A stretch of 64,000 nucleotides of DNA from a bacterium (GCA_032250835.1 JAVVEA010000009.1:32001-96000); one strand, 5' to 3'. Positions 9,513 to 18,884 are shown, counted from the first letter of the stretch. The notes: a model not told the origin generated them from the sequence alone. Numbers and translations are program-made.

Positions 9513-10504
9513 CCGTACGCCTAGAAATGGGTGCCGGCGGGCAGCCGATGCAAGATTTGCTGGAACAGAGCATTTTTAAAATCTTCGACAGCCCCCTACT
9601 AGCCCAAGGCCACGACGCTGCCCAATTTGACCTGACCGGGAAGGTGGCCTTCACCACCGATTCCTTTGTGGTCAAGCCGCTCTTCTTTCCGGGCGGGGAC
9701 ATCGGCAAACTGGCGGTTTGCGGGACCCTAAACGATCTAGCCGTTTCGGGAGCCAAGCCCTTGTACCTCTCGCTAGCTTTGATCTTAGAAGAAGGATTAC
9801 CGCTCGAAGACCTGAACCGCATCTTAACCAGCGTCGCCACCACCGCCCGCGCCGCCGGGGTGCAGGTGGTCACCGGCGACACCAAGGTGGTCGAGCAGGG
9901 CAAAGGCGACGGGATCTTCATCAACACCGCCGGGATCGGCCTGCAAATCTCGCTGACCCAGATGCTGCCCACCAACTTAAAGGCAGGCCAAAAAATCTTG
10001 ATCAACGGCGGCATCGCCGAACATGGCTTGGCCATTTTGGCGGCCCGCGAGAATTTAGACCTAGGCGGCGAAATCCTGAGCGATTGCGCGGACCTTTCGG
10101 GGCTAACCGAGACGCTCTTGCAGGCTGGCGGCGTGACGCTCTTTAAAGACCCCACCCGAGGCGGACTGGCGGCGACGCTCAACGAACTGGCCCAGGCCAG
10201 CGGATTGGGGATCAACTTGGTGGAAAAATCGATTCCTTTAGACCCCAGGGTCGAGGCGGGCTGCGGCTTATTGGGGATTGATCCCTTGCAGGTCGCCAAC
10301 GAGGGGAAGCTGTTGGTCTTCGCCGAGGCCGACCATGCCGAATCCTTACTAGAAGTCATGTCCCGCCACCCGCTGGGCCAGGGTGCGGCGATCATCGGCG
10401 AAGTCACCGGAGGGCCGAGCGGCAAGGTGCATCTGACCACCCGCATCGGCACCAGCCGCGTGATCGACCCGCCGCTGGGCGACCAACTCCCGCGCATCTG
10501 TTGA
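9509..10504 (+). CDS. hypE: Carbamoyl dehydratase HypE
   Basis: TTDSFVV, GGDIGKLAV, GDTKVV, DPTRGG, C-terminal PRIC. Confidence 0.97.
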   Translation: MTVRLEMGAGGQPMQDLLEQSIFKIFDSPLLAQGHDAAQFDLTGKVAFTTDSFVVKPLFFPGGDIGKLAVCGTLNDLAVSGAKPLYLSLALILEEGLPLEDLNRILTSVATTARAAGVQVVTGDTKVVEQGKGDGIFINTAGIGLQISLTQMLPTNLKAGQKILINGGIAEHGLAILAARENLDLGGEILSDCADLSGLTETLLQAGGVTLFKDPTRGGLAATLNELAQASGLGINLVEKSIPLDPRVEAGCGLLGIDPLQVANEGKLLVFAEADHAESLLEVMSRHPLGQGAAIIGEVTGGPSGKVHLTTRIGTSRVIDPPLGDQLPRIC

Positions 10505-10505
10505 G

Positions 10506-11294
10506 ATGGAGGCTACCCGGCGGGTTGCTTTTTTGTGCAGCGGCTTTAACGGCCTGACCCAACAGGTCTGGACCGCTCTGGCCCCGCGCTTCGCCGCCAG
10601 CATTCTGGTGGTCGGGCCCCAGTGGGACCGGTTGCTGGACTTTAAGCCGCACTTGGTCTTGGCCCCTTACCTGAACTTGCGGATTCCTGAGTTTGTTTAC
10701 TCTCAGGTGCCCTGTCTGGTCTTACATCCTGGCCCCCATGGCTTGGGGGGCCCCAGCTCGCTGAACTGGGCAATTTTAGAGGGCCGCAAAGATTGGGCCG
10801 CCTGCATCTTTGAAGCCCGCCAAGGCTGGGATGAGGGGCCCCTCTGGGCCGAGCAAAGCTTTGAGTTGCCTAAAGGCAGCGTGATCCAGCTTTACCGCCG
10901 GACCATCGCGCCGCAGGCTACGGCACTCTACCAAAGGGCCATCTTGCGGCTCTGGCAGGGCGGCGACCCGCTACCGCGCGGCGAATTTCGTTACCAAAGA
11001 AGATTAACCTCCGCCGACCTAGAAATCGACTGGAGCCGCCCGGCCGAAGACTTATTGGCGGTGGTTCAGGCCGGAGACAGCCAGCCCGGCGCTTGGGGCG
11101 AGATCGAGGGGAAGCGGTACGGCCTCTTTGGCGCCCGCTTGAGCGCCCCACAGGGGCGGCCCGGAGAGTTGTTGGGCTTTGAAGAATCGGCAGCGCTGGT
11201 CGCCTGTGGCAAAGGCTCCTTAAAGTTCAGTCGGTTGATGCCCGAAGGTCAGGTGAAATTACGCGCCATTGAGGCCCTAAAAAGGGAAGAGTGA
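10506..11294 (+). CDS. hypX: HypX/HoxX N-terminal formyltransferase-like half
   Basis: FLCSGFNGLTQ, HPG...GPSSLNWAI, GDSQPG match the HypX N-terminal domain. Confidence 0.85.
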   Translation: MEATRRVAFLCSGFNGLTQQVWTALAPRFAASILVVGPQWDRLLDFKPHLVLAPYLNLRIPEFVYSQVPCLVLHPGPHGLGGPSSLNWAILEGRKDWAACIFEARQGWDEGPLWAEQSFELPKGSVIQLYRRTIAPQATALYQRAILRLWQGGDPLPRGEFRYQRRLTSADLEIDWSRPAEDLLAVVQAGDSQPGAWGEIEGKRYGLFGARLSAPQGRPGELLGFEESAALVACGKGSLKFSRLMPEGQVKLRAIEALKREE

Positions 11295-12094
11295 TGGAGA
11301 TTTCCGGTAAAATCTTGGGTCCCTTGGGTCACTTGCACTTTGATGCCTTTAACGGGGCCATGGATTTGGAGCATTGCCAGCGTTTGCTGACCGCCTACCA
11401 GGAACTGGCCGAAACGCCGCAAGTTAAGGTGATCTTGCTTTGGGGCGGCGAGGACTTTTTTTCCAATGGCATTGATCTGGTCAGCATCGACCAGCAATAC
11501 AACCCCGCCATCTTGGCCTATAAAAACCTACGGGGCCTCAACGGCCTGATCCGCGCGATCTTGAGCACCCCCGACAAGTTGGTGTTAGCGGCCCTAGGCG
11601 GGCCTGCCGCCGCCGGGGGCGTGATGCTGGCCTTGGCTTGCGATCTGCGCTACGCCCGTGCGGGTTTGGTCTTAAACCCGCACTACGTCAACATGGGCCT
11701 TTCGGGCTCTGAGTTTTTCAGCCTGCTCTTGCCGCGCGCCGTGGGGCAGGGCTGGGCCGAAAAACTGCTTTACGAGGCCCAGCCGATCTCGGCGGAGCTA
11801 GCTTGCCGGATCGGCCTGTTGCACGGCGAAATTGACGGGGCCAGCTTTGAGAAAGAAATTACCGAAAGGGCCGCCTTTTTAGCGGAAAATAACCTGCAAG
11901 CCCGCTTGGCCACCAAGCGGCTGCTCAACCGGGGGCTATTAGAGCGCCTGGACGAAGCCGAACAGGCCGAGCTGCGGGCCATGAAAGATTGCTGCAACGA
12001 ACCGGAATTTAACGAAGCCCGGCGCGCTTTCATAAAAAAAGAAGCGAGCCCGCAATTTGCCAACATTGCCACCAAGGGACCCCGTGGGACTTGA
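11291..12094 (+). CDS. hypX: HypX/HoxX C-terminal enoyl-CoA hydratase-like half
   Basis: HFDAFNGAM, FFSNGIDL, AAAGGVMLALACD, LNPHYVNMGLSGSEF; GTGA overlap with the upstream half. Confidence 0.85.
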   Translation: MMEISGKILGPLGHLHFDAFNGAMDLEHCQRLLTAYQELAETPQVKVILLWGGEDFFSNGIDLVSIDQQYNPAILAYKNLRGLNGLIRAILSTPDKLVLAALGGPAAAGGVMLALACDLRYARAGLVLNPHYVNMGLSGSEFFSLLLPRAVGQGWAEKLLYEAQPISAELACRIGLLHGEIDGASFEKEITERAAFLAENNLQARLATKRLLNRGLLERLDEAEQAELRAMKDCCNEPEFNEARRAFIKKEASPQFANIATKGPRGT

Positions 12095-13178
12095 ATATTT
12101 AGAGGGCTTTGAAGACGCCGCCACCGCCCAAACGCTGGCCCGAGAGATCGGCACCTTGGCCGCCAAACGCCCCCAAACGCGCCTGATGCACCTTTGCGGC
12201 AGCCACGAACAGGCAATCAACGAAAACACCCTGCGCCAGCTGCTGCCCGATTCGGTGGAGATCGTCCCCGGCCCCGGCTGCCCGGTCTGTGTTTGCCCGG
12301 TCGAGGACATTGACCTAGCCGTTACCTTGGCCCGCGAGCCCGGCGTGACCCTCTTGACCTTTGGCGACATGATCCGCGTGCCCGGCACGGTGGAGTCCTT
12401 GGCCCAGGCCCGCAAAGAGGGGGCCTCGGTGCAGGTGATCTATAGCCCGCTGGACGCCATCGCCAAGGCCAAGGAGGCACCGGAGCAACAGTTTGTTTTC
12501 TTCTCGGTGGGCTTCGAGACCACCGTCGCCGGGGTGGCGGGACTGGCGGCGGCCAAACTGCCGGGCAACCTAACCTTCTTGATGGCCAACCGCTACATGC
12601 CGCCGGTCTTAAGGTTATTGATGGAGATCCACGACCAGAGCATCCAGGGCTTTTTACTGCCCGGCCACGCCGCCATCATCACCGGCCTAGAGCCCTACCG
12701 CTTCATGGAAACTGAATACAAATTGCCCTGCGCGGTGGCAGGCTTTGAGCCGGTGGATGTGCTGTATGGGATTTTGGGGCTGATGCGCCAGATTGATCAG
12801 GGCCAGGCTAAGGTGGAAAATCTCTTCAAACGTCTGGCCAAGGACGAGGGCAACCAAGCCGCCTGGGGCCTGATCAACCGGGTCTTTGAGTTGGGTCCGG
12901 GGATCTGGCGCGGGATCGACAAAATTCCCGGCAGCGCTTTCCGCCTCAAGGCCGACTACGCCCATTTAGACGCCCTCAAGCGCTTCGCCGCCCGCCCGGC
13001 CTATGCGCCGCGCGCCCATCCCCCGGGTTGCCAATGCCACCGGATCATGCTGGGCGAAAAGCGCCCCACCGACTGCGCACACTTCAAGAAGGGCTGCACC
13101 CCCAACAACCCGCTAGGCCCCTGCATGGTTTCGGTTGAGGGGACCTGTTATTCCTGGTTTCGGTTCTCGGGGCTCTAG
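12084..13178 (+). CDS. hypD: Hydrogenase maturation protein HypD
   Basis: CGSHE, GPGCPVC, GFETT and C-terminal Cys cluster GPCMVSVEGTC; start uncertain (GTG 12084 or TTG 12057). Confidence 0.95.
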   Translation: MGLEYLEGFEDAATAQTLAREIGTLAAKRPQTRLMHLCGSHEQAINENTLRQLLPDSVEIVPGPGCPVCVCPVEDIDLAVTLAREPGVTLLTFGDMIRVPGTVESLAQARKEGASVQVIYSPLDAIAKAKEAPEQQFVFFSVGFETTVAGVAGLAAAKLPGNLTFLMANRYMPPVLRLLMEIHDQSIQGFLLPGHAAIITGLEPYRFMETEYKLPCAVAGFEPVDVLYGILGLMRQIDQGQAKVENLFKRLAKDEGNQAAWGLINRVFELGPGIWRGIDKIPGSAFRLKADYAHLDALKRFAARPAYAPRAHPPGCQCHRIMLGEKRPTDCAHFKKGCTPNNPLGPCMVSVEGTCYSWFRFSGL

Positions 13179-13205
13179 AGCGGTGACAAGAAACTGGGGT
13201 TGGGG

Positions 13206-13230
13206 AAATGGGTACATTGTCCCCGTATTT
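13206..13230 (-). repeat. Dispersed 25-bp motif, copy a
   Basis: Reverse complement AAATACGGGGACAATGTACCCATTT, 25 bp upstream of ORF 13256. Confidence 0.7.
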
Positions 13231-13255
13231 TTAAAACGATGATCCAGGAGTTATT

Positions 13256-13969
13256 GTGGGTTCATTTGTTGGAAATGTTTCTGATTTTAAAAAGTATATA
13301 GGTCCTAGACTGAGGAATGTAGTTAACAATTTGGCTCGGCCTTATCGCATTGAAGTGGGGCAATGTCAGATTTGTAGGGCTACACAAACCTTGGAGGCCG
13401 CTCACATTCAGGGACGGGAGAGGACAATCATCATTGATGAGCTTCTAGAGAACTATTTAAATGGGGAGATTGTTACAATAGATTTAGAGGTTTTTGAAAA
13501 CCAGTTTTTTGCTGCTCATCAACCTTTGAACGAGTCGATCTTGATACTATGCAGAGCTTGCCATCGGGAGTACGACAATCAAGCCCAAGTAAAGGATCAG
13601 CCACAACTTACAAACGAGGATGTAGAAGAACTGTCAGAAGAGGCAGGTTACAGCGTTACCAATAGAGAGATTACCGACGATTTCCGGGAATTTGTTTCGG
13701 GTAATTTGCCTTGGGATGAAATTGAAAATCTACTGAACCCTACTTATAGTCGCGAAACCTTTTTGGTTCACTTCCCCATACTTAAAGAAGTTCCTGCTAA
13801 CGCGGATCAGCAGCGGTTGCGAGAATTAGCTCGTGATACAAAGGGTTACGGAAGATGGTCGCCCTTTCCTATTGCACGAGATGGGAGGGTATTTTTGGTG
13901 ACAACTCAATGGTTTGATCGTTGTCGTTCAAGATTTCTTGCTTGGAAAATGCAAATTGAAAACCGGTGA
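13256..13969 (+). CDS. Hypothetical protein with HNH-like zinc/nuclease motifs
   Basis: CQIC...LEAAH...LCRACH; AT-richer than flanks; CAGGAG RBS before GTG. Confidence 0.6.
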   Translation: MGSFVGNVSDFKKYIGPRLRNVVNNLARPYRIEVGQCQICRATQTLEAAHIQGRERTIIIDELLENYLNGEIVTIDLEVFENQFFAAHQPLNESILILCRACHREYDNQAQVKDQPQLTNEDVEELSEEAGYSVTNREITDDFREFVSGNLPWDEIENLLNPTYSRETFLVHFPILKEVPANADQQRLRELARDTKGYGRWSPFPIARDGRVFLVTTQWFDRCRSRFLAWKMQIENR

Positions 13970-13983
13970 TCAAGTACCTATTT
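13959..13983 (+). repeat. Dispersed 25-bp motif, copy b (contains the ORF stop codon)
   Basis: AAAACCGGTGATCAAGTACCTATTT; its TGA at 13967-13969 ends ORF 13256. Confidence 0.6.
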
Positions 13984-14059
13984 TCTCAAAAAAAAGCCGG
14001 TAAAAAAAACCGGATTTTAGATCAGCGCCCCGGCGCGAAGACCATGGATAGGATCAGGT

Positions 14060-14085
14060 TGATGGGTCCATTGTCCGACCGGTTT
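14060..14085 (-). repeat. Dispersed motif, copy c (degenerate)
   Basis: Reverse complement AAACCGGTCGGACAATGGACCCATCA upstream of brnT; shares ATGGGT(A/C)CATTGTCC with copy a. Confidence 0.55.
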
Positions 14086-14131
14086 GACGGTCTCGCTTGC
14101 TCAATGTACCTACATTTGTTAATATCTAAAT

Positions 14132-14407
14132 ATGGTCGAGTTTGAATGGGACGAAGAGAAAAACAGGTCCAATCAAGAAAAACATCAGGTGGCCTTCGAG
14201 GAGGCTCAAAATGTTTTTCTGGATGCCCATCGGCTGATTATTGAAGACCTGGACCATTCGAATACAGAGGAACGCTTCTACTGTATTGGAAAAGTCGGAG
14301 AAAGCCTGTTGACGGTCCGTTTCACGCTGCGAGGGGAGACCATCCGAATCATCGGGGCAGGCAAATGGCGCAAGGGAAGGAGGTTGTATGAGCAAGAAAA
14401 CCGATAA
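14132..14407 (+). CDS. brnT: BrnT family toxin
   Basis: FEWDEEKNRSNQEKHQVAFEEA, EERF..IG, IRIIGA. Confidence 0.92.
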   Translation: MVEFEWDEEKNRSNQEKHQVAFEEAQNVFLDAHRLIIEDLDHSNTEERFYCIGKVGESLLTVRFTLRGETIRIIGAGKWRKGRRLYEQENR

Positions 14408-14702
14408 ATTAGCTTATTCAGACGAGCCCGTTGTCTTCGGGAAGGTCGTCAAAGATAGAATCCCAAAGGGCCAGGAGATTAAGAAAGCGAAGGTCCGCGT
14501 CTTTAAAGAGGATGGTAGTGTTTTTGAGTCGGTTTTTGATCAAATCCGGGTTGATTTCCCTGGCTCAAAAAAAGCGGTCACCGTCCGCTATGACCAGGAT
14601 GTAATCGACTATTTCAAGTCCTTCGGACCGGGCTATCAGTCTAAAATGAACGCCGTTTTAAAGGCCTTTGTGGAACACGAAAAACATAAAACTCCCCGTT
14701 GA
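14388..14702 (+). CDS. brnA: BrnA family antitoxin
   Basis: C-terminal KKAVTVRYDQDVIDYFKSFGPGYQSKMNAVL RHH-type motif; overlaps the toxin gene. Confidence 0.9.
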   Translation: MSKKTDKLAYSDEPVVFGKVVKDRIPKGQEIKKAKVRVFKEDGSVFESVFDQIRVDFPGSKKAVTVRYDQDVIDYFKSFGPGYQSKMNAVLKAFVEHEKHKTPR

Positions 14703-14863
14703 CCACCAACATTTCAACCCGGCACTTTGAGGCCGACTACCCCAGGGCAGCCCACCGCCCCGCTACGTTTAGCCTCGTCTGTTTAGGCCTAGCCCACCCC
14801 GCCTGAGATAGGGGGTCCTTGGTATAGGACCCTACCAAAATACTCTGATCGATCACTTCCAGG

Positions 14864-14973
14864 TTGACAGTTCGTACAGGCTATATAACTATTTTGCATA
14901 TACGAAATAACCACCCCTTTCCTTACCGGTCCGGGGAGTCCTTTGCCTGGGATTATATTTCGTATATACGAAT
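14864..14973 (+). promoter_or_regulatory. Promoter region with two palindromic operator-like sites
   Basis: TTGACA at 14864; ATTTTGCATATACGAAAT (14891-14908) and ATTTCGTATATACGAAT (14957-14973). Confidence 0.55.
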
Positions 14974-14998
14974 CTTTAAACTACCTGGAGACAAAAAT

Positions 14999-16168
14999 AT
15001 GAAAGTTTTCACCTGGGCGCTGACCGCCCTCTTGCTGGCTAGCCCACTGAGCTTAATGGCCCAAGAACCGACTTTAGCAAGCCTAACCGAGGAAATAGCC
15101 CAGCTCAAAGAGCAACAGGAACAATACCGCAGCGAATCAACCAAGGTCGGTGGCTATGCCGAACTGCACTATAACGCAGTCGAAGGCCAAGAGCCGATCA
15201 CCGACTTGCACCGCTTCGTCTTGCTCTTTGAAAAACAGATCGGGCCGAATATCCGCTTCCAGAGCGAACTGGAGTTGGAGCACGCCTTTGTGCAAAGCGG
15301 TGAGGGGGAATTGGAGTTGGAGCAGGCCTTTTTGGAGTTTTCTTTGAGCCGCGAGACCCAAGCCCGCGCGGGGATTCTGTTGGTTCCCTTGGGTCTGATC
15401 AACCAAAACCACGAGCCCAACAGCTTTATGGGTGTCGAGCGCCCAGACTTCGCCAAGGTGATCATTCCTTCTACCTTCTTTGCCGAAGGAGCCGGACTAA
15501 AGGGGTCTTGGGGGCATTCTTGGCAATATCAGGCCTATTTTATGGCCCCACTGGACGCCAGCGGGTTTAGCGGCGCTAGCGGTCTGCGCGGCGGACGCCA
15601 AAAGGCCTACAAAAGCCGAGCCGGAAGTTTAGCTTTGGCCACCCGGCTGCAATATGCCCGCCCCGGCCTGCGCCTGGGCTGGTCTAGCTACCAAGGCAAC
15701 AGCGCCAATGAGGAGGTCAAGAGCGACGCCCGCGACGCTGGGGTTAAACTAGAGCAGGTTCAAGTCAGTTTTAATGCCTTGGACCTGGATTGGAACACTG
15801 CTAACTGGTCTTTGCGGGCCGAGGTGGCCCAAGGGAGCCTGTCTAACAGCGGCTTATTGAACCAAGTGTACGGGGGCCACGTAGGCAGCAGCTTGCAGGG
15901 TTATTATCTAGAACCGGCCATAAAACTCTGGGCCCAAGGGGATTCGACTCTAAAAGGATTTGTGCGTTATGAATCCCTTTCACCCCAGGCCAGCGTCGCT
16001 TCGGGTAGCGTCAACGACGCCTACCAGTATACCCGCACCACCTCCGGCCTGAACTACTGGCCCCACCCCCAAGTGGCCTTGAAAGTGGATATGGGGACCA
16101 AACAAACAGCCCAGACTGGCTCAGCAGCCCAACAGGAATGGAACCTGGGGCTCGGGTGGGTCTTTTGA
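14999..16168 (+). CDS. Outer-membrane porin-like beta-barrel protein
   Basis: Signal peptide, short coiled coil, GGYAELHYN/DLHRFVL/SELELEH motifs, terminal LGLGWVF. Confidence 0.8.
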   Translation: MKVFTWALTALLLASPLSLMAQEPTLASLTEEIAQLKEQQEQYRSESTKVGGYAELHYNAVEGQEPITDLHRFVLLFEKQIGPNIRFQSELELEHAFVQSGEGELELEQAFLEFSLSRETQARAGILLVPLGLINQNHEPNSFMGVERPDFAKVIIPSTFFAEGAGLKGSWGHSWQYQAYFMAPLDASGFSGASGLRGGRQKAYKSRAGSLALATRLQYARPGLRLGWSSYQGNSANEEVKSDARDAGVKLEQVQVSFNALDLDWNTANWSLRAEVAQGSLSNSGLLNQVYGGHVGSSLQGYYLEPAIKLWAQGDSTLKGFVRYESLSPQASVASGSVNDAYQYTRTTSGLNYWPHPQVALKVDMGTKQTAQTGSAAQQEWNLGLGWVF

Positions 16169-16728
16169 ATCCTCGCGGATTATTGCTGGCCCTGGGCCTT
16201 TGGGTAGCTCTCGGGGCCCCGGCCTTTGGGCAGGTTTTTGAGGACCCCGATGCAGCGCTGCAATCGGCGCTGCGCTCGGGGGAACAACTAACGCCGGTGA
16301 GTTGGTCTGGGTTGAGCGCTGAGGTCGCAGCGGCCCTAAAGGCCCAATCAGGCCAAGCCCTACGCCGCTCTTGGACCCGCTGCCATCAGGCCCAGTCGGC
16401 CAGCCAGCCGACCGCCTATTTATGTATCGACAACATGATCGGCAAGACCGAACCGATCACCTACTTGGCCCGGATCGCTCACCCCTCCGGAAGATTAGAG
16501 GACTTACGGTTGCTGATCTACCGTGAGTCGGTGGGGGCCGAGATAAGGCACCCGCTCTTCCTGGCGCAGTTCCTGGGCAAAGACACCCAAGCTCCCTTAG
16601 GACTCTCCCAAGATATCCAGGCCATCAGTGGAGCCACCTACAGCAGCCGGGCGGTGGCTCAAGGCAGCCGAAAATTGCTGTGGCTTTACCGTTTGTACCT
16701 TTCCAAACTTTCCACGGAACAACCATGA
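16165..16728 (+). CDS. Periplasmic FMN-binding (flavinylation target) protein
   Basis: Signal peptide, GKTEPITY, YRESVGAEI, DIQAISGATYSS ([S/T]GA[S/T] motif); start uncertain. Confidence 0.82.
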   Translation: MNPRGLLLALGLWVALGAPAFGQVFEDPDAALQSALRSGEQLTPVSWSGLSAEVAAALKAQSGQALRRSWTRCHQAQSASQPTAYLCIDNMIGKTEPITYLARIAHPSGRLEDLRLLIYRESVGAEIRHPLFLAQFLGKDTQAPLGLSQDIQAISGATYSSRAVAQGSRKLLWLYRLYLSKLSTEQP

Positions 16729-17183
16729 GTTCTCTCCCTCCGGCTCCGCGCAATATACGCCCAGATACTTGGCAGGTGGTCTTATTGATGGGCTCTTTTT
16801 CTGTTTGTCTTTTTAGCGGGTTGGGACTTTGGGCCTTAGCCGAATGGGTTCCCAAAAACCCTTTTTCGGCAACCGGGCATCCCTTAAAAACGCCCCTATT
16901 GGCCCTGCATTTAAGCGGCATGGCCTTATTGCTGATCGGCTTAGGTAGCCTGATCCCCTGGCACCTTCGGGTGATCGTCCGCCGCCCCTTGAACCTAGGT
17001 GGGTTGCACTTGGCCTTGGGGCTAAGCTTTTTATTATTTTCTGGGCTTAATATGTTGGTGGTCTTGCCTGAAGACTGGGCCAACGGGATGCGGTGGCTCC
17101 ACCGGGGGCTGGGGGTAGGGGTGCCGCTGCTGGTAGGGGCGCATTTGAGGCGCTCTAGAGCGGCGATTAAAGTTAAGGTTTAG
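16725..17183 (+). CDS. Small 4-TM membrane protein with His residues (possible heme b protein)
   Basis: Four hydrophobic segments with LHL, WHL, WLH, AHL; ATGA overlap with the FMN-binding gene. Confidence 0.6.
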   Translation: MSSLPPAPRNIRPDTWQVVLLMGSFSVCLFSGLGLWALAEWVPKNPFSATGHPLKTPLLALHLSGMALLLIGLGSLIPWHLRVIVRRPLNLGGLHLALGLSFLLFSGLNMLVVLPEDWANGMRWLHRGLGVGVPLLVGAHLRRSRAAIKVKV

Positions 17184-17290
17184 CTAAAGCACCCGAAAAA
17201 AGTTTTTGCATTTTTAAATTTTTGGTCCCTGTGTTAGCTTGTAGGCTGCCGAACCCGAATGATCCACCGCCTTTCCTAAGCCAGTATTCT

Positions 17291-18718
17291 ATGAGCAGTC
17301 TGGGCAAGATCTTGATCGTAGACGACGAGAAGCGCTCCGTCGAATCGCTGACCAGAGCGTTGGACCGGGAGTTTGAGGTGCTGGCGGCGAGCACCGCCGA
17401 AGAGGCCATGGCGCTTTTGGACGAGCACAAGATCAAGGTGATCCTCTGCGACAACCGCATGCCCGGCACCTCGGGGGTCGAACTGCTGGCCCAGGTGCGC
17501 CAGCAATGGCCCGATGTGGTGCGCCTGCTGATCTCCGCCTATTCGGACGTAGAAGACATCATCGACAGCATCAACAGCGGGGGGATCTACCAGTTCATCG
17601 CCAAGCCTTGGAACCCCAACAACTTGATGGTGATTTTAAAGAACGTGGTGATGCTCTATGACCTGCAAAAAGAAAATGCCCTGCTGGTTACCGAGACCCG
17701 CCTGACCACCGATGCGCTGCGCGAACACAACCTTACGGTCAAGAAGAAGCTCAAGGAAAACTTCCATATCAACAGCATCTACCGCTCGCCCGAATCCCCG
17801 CTGAACCAAGCATGCGAGCAGTTAATCAAGGTCGCGCCCTACGATATTTCGGTTCTGTTGACCGGTGAGTCGGGCACCGGCAAGGAGATGTTCGCCCGCG
17901 CGCTGCATTATAACTCGGGGCGTGCCGAGAAGCCCTTTGTGGCCGAAAACTGCGCCGCCTTAACCGACGAATTTTTGTCTAGCGAGCTCTTTGGCCATAA
18001 GAAGGGTGCCTTTACCGGGGCGGTGACCGACCATGTAGGCTTGCTCGAACAGGCCGACGGCGGGACGGTGTTTTTAGACGAAATCGGCGACGTAACGCCG
18101 GGCTTTCAGTTGAAATTACTGAGGGTTTTACAAGAAGGCGAATTCCGTCCCTTAGGCGGCAACCAAAGCCGCAAGGTAGACATCCGCATCGTCGCGGCGA
18201 CGAACCGCAACCTTGAAGAGGACGTCAAGGCGGGCCGGTTCCGTGGCGACCTCTATTACCGCTTGGCCACCGTCTCGATCAACCTACTGCCCCTGCGCCA
18301 GCGCCGGGTAGATATTCCTCTAATTGCCGAGCAGGTCTTGGCCAATTCCATGAGCATCTTCGGCAAACAGGTCAAGGGCTTCACGCCCGAAGCCTTGGCC
18401 ATGATCCAGGCCTTCGATTGGCCCGGCAACGTGCGGGAGTTGCAAAACGAGGTGCAGCGCTGCTTGGTCCTCTCGGCAGGCCCTTGGATCGAAGTCGAGG
18501 ACCTCTCGCCCAAACTCCGCCAAAAAGCCCCGGCCCAGGTTTCAAGCGGCAGCCTAGCCGAGCGCGTCCAGCAACTAGAAGAACAGATGATCTTAGACGC
18601 CATGTCCCGCCACCACCAAAACAAAACCAAGGTGGCCGAGGAACTGGGCCTCTCCCGCGTGGGCCTGCGCGCCAAGCTGGAGCGGTACCAGTTGGGTGAT
18701 GGGGTGGGGGCGAGTTGA
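17291..18718 (+). CDS. hoxA: Sigma54-dependent response regulator HoxA/HupR
   Basis: REC (ILCDNRMPG), AAA+ GESGTGKE and GAFTGA, Fis-type HTH LGLSRVGLRAKLERY; next to the sensory hydrogenase genes. Confidence 0.92.
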   Translation: MSSLGKILIVDDEKRSVESLTRALDREFEVLAASTAEEAMALLDEHKIKVILCDNRMPGTSGVELLAQVRQQWPDVVRLLISAYSDVEDIIDSINSGGIYQFIAKPWNPNNLMVILKNVVMLYDLQKENALLVTETRLTTDALREHNLTVKKKLKENFHINSIYRSPESPLNQACEQLIKVAPYDISVLLTGESGTGKEMFARALHYNSGRAEKPFVAENCAALTDEFLSSELFGHKKGAFTGAVTDHVGLLEQADGGTVFLDEIGDVTPGFQLKLLRVLQEGEFRPLGGNQSRKVDIRIVAATNRNLEEDVKAGRFRGDLYYRLATVSINLLPLRQRRVDIPLIAEQVLANSMSIFGKQVKGFTPEALAMIQAFDWPGNVRELQNEVQRCLVLSAGPWIEVEDLSPKLRQKAPAQVSSGSLAERVQQLEEQMILDAMSRHHQNKTKVAEELGLSRVGLRAKLERYQLGDGVGAS

Positions 18719-18859
18719 GGGGGGTGGGTGAACCGACTTCCTATAGTGGGACCCAATGGGTATAACTTAAGGGGCGGATACTTTAGCAATAAACTTTAAG
18801 ATTCATCCGACAGTGGTATCTATCGTTGTGGATTGAGGCCCATTCTAGCTAAGGCGGTG

Positions 18860-18884
18860 AAATAGGTATGCTGTCACCGGATTA
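18860..18884 (-). repeat. Dispersed 25-bp motif, copy f
   Basis: Reverse complement TAATCCGGTGACAGCATACCTATTT; provides the stop of the truncated nuclease ORF. Confidence 0.75.

Noticed and set aside
9487-10497. Long antisense ORF (336 aa) and similar shadows elsewhere
   Set aside because: Antisense to hypE; expected from GC-rich codon bias.
14957-14984. dif/pdif site (ATTTCGTATA resembles an XerC arm)
   Set aside because: No TTATGTTAAAT-like XerD arm 6 bp away; the sequence is a self-contained palindrome.
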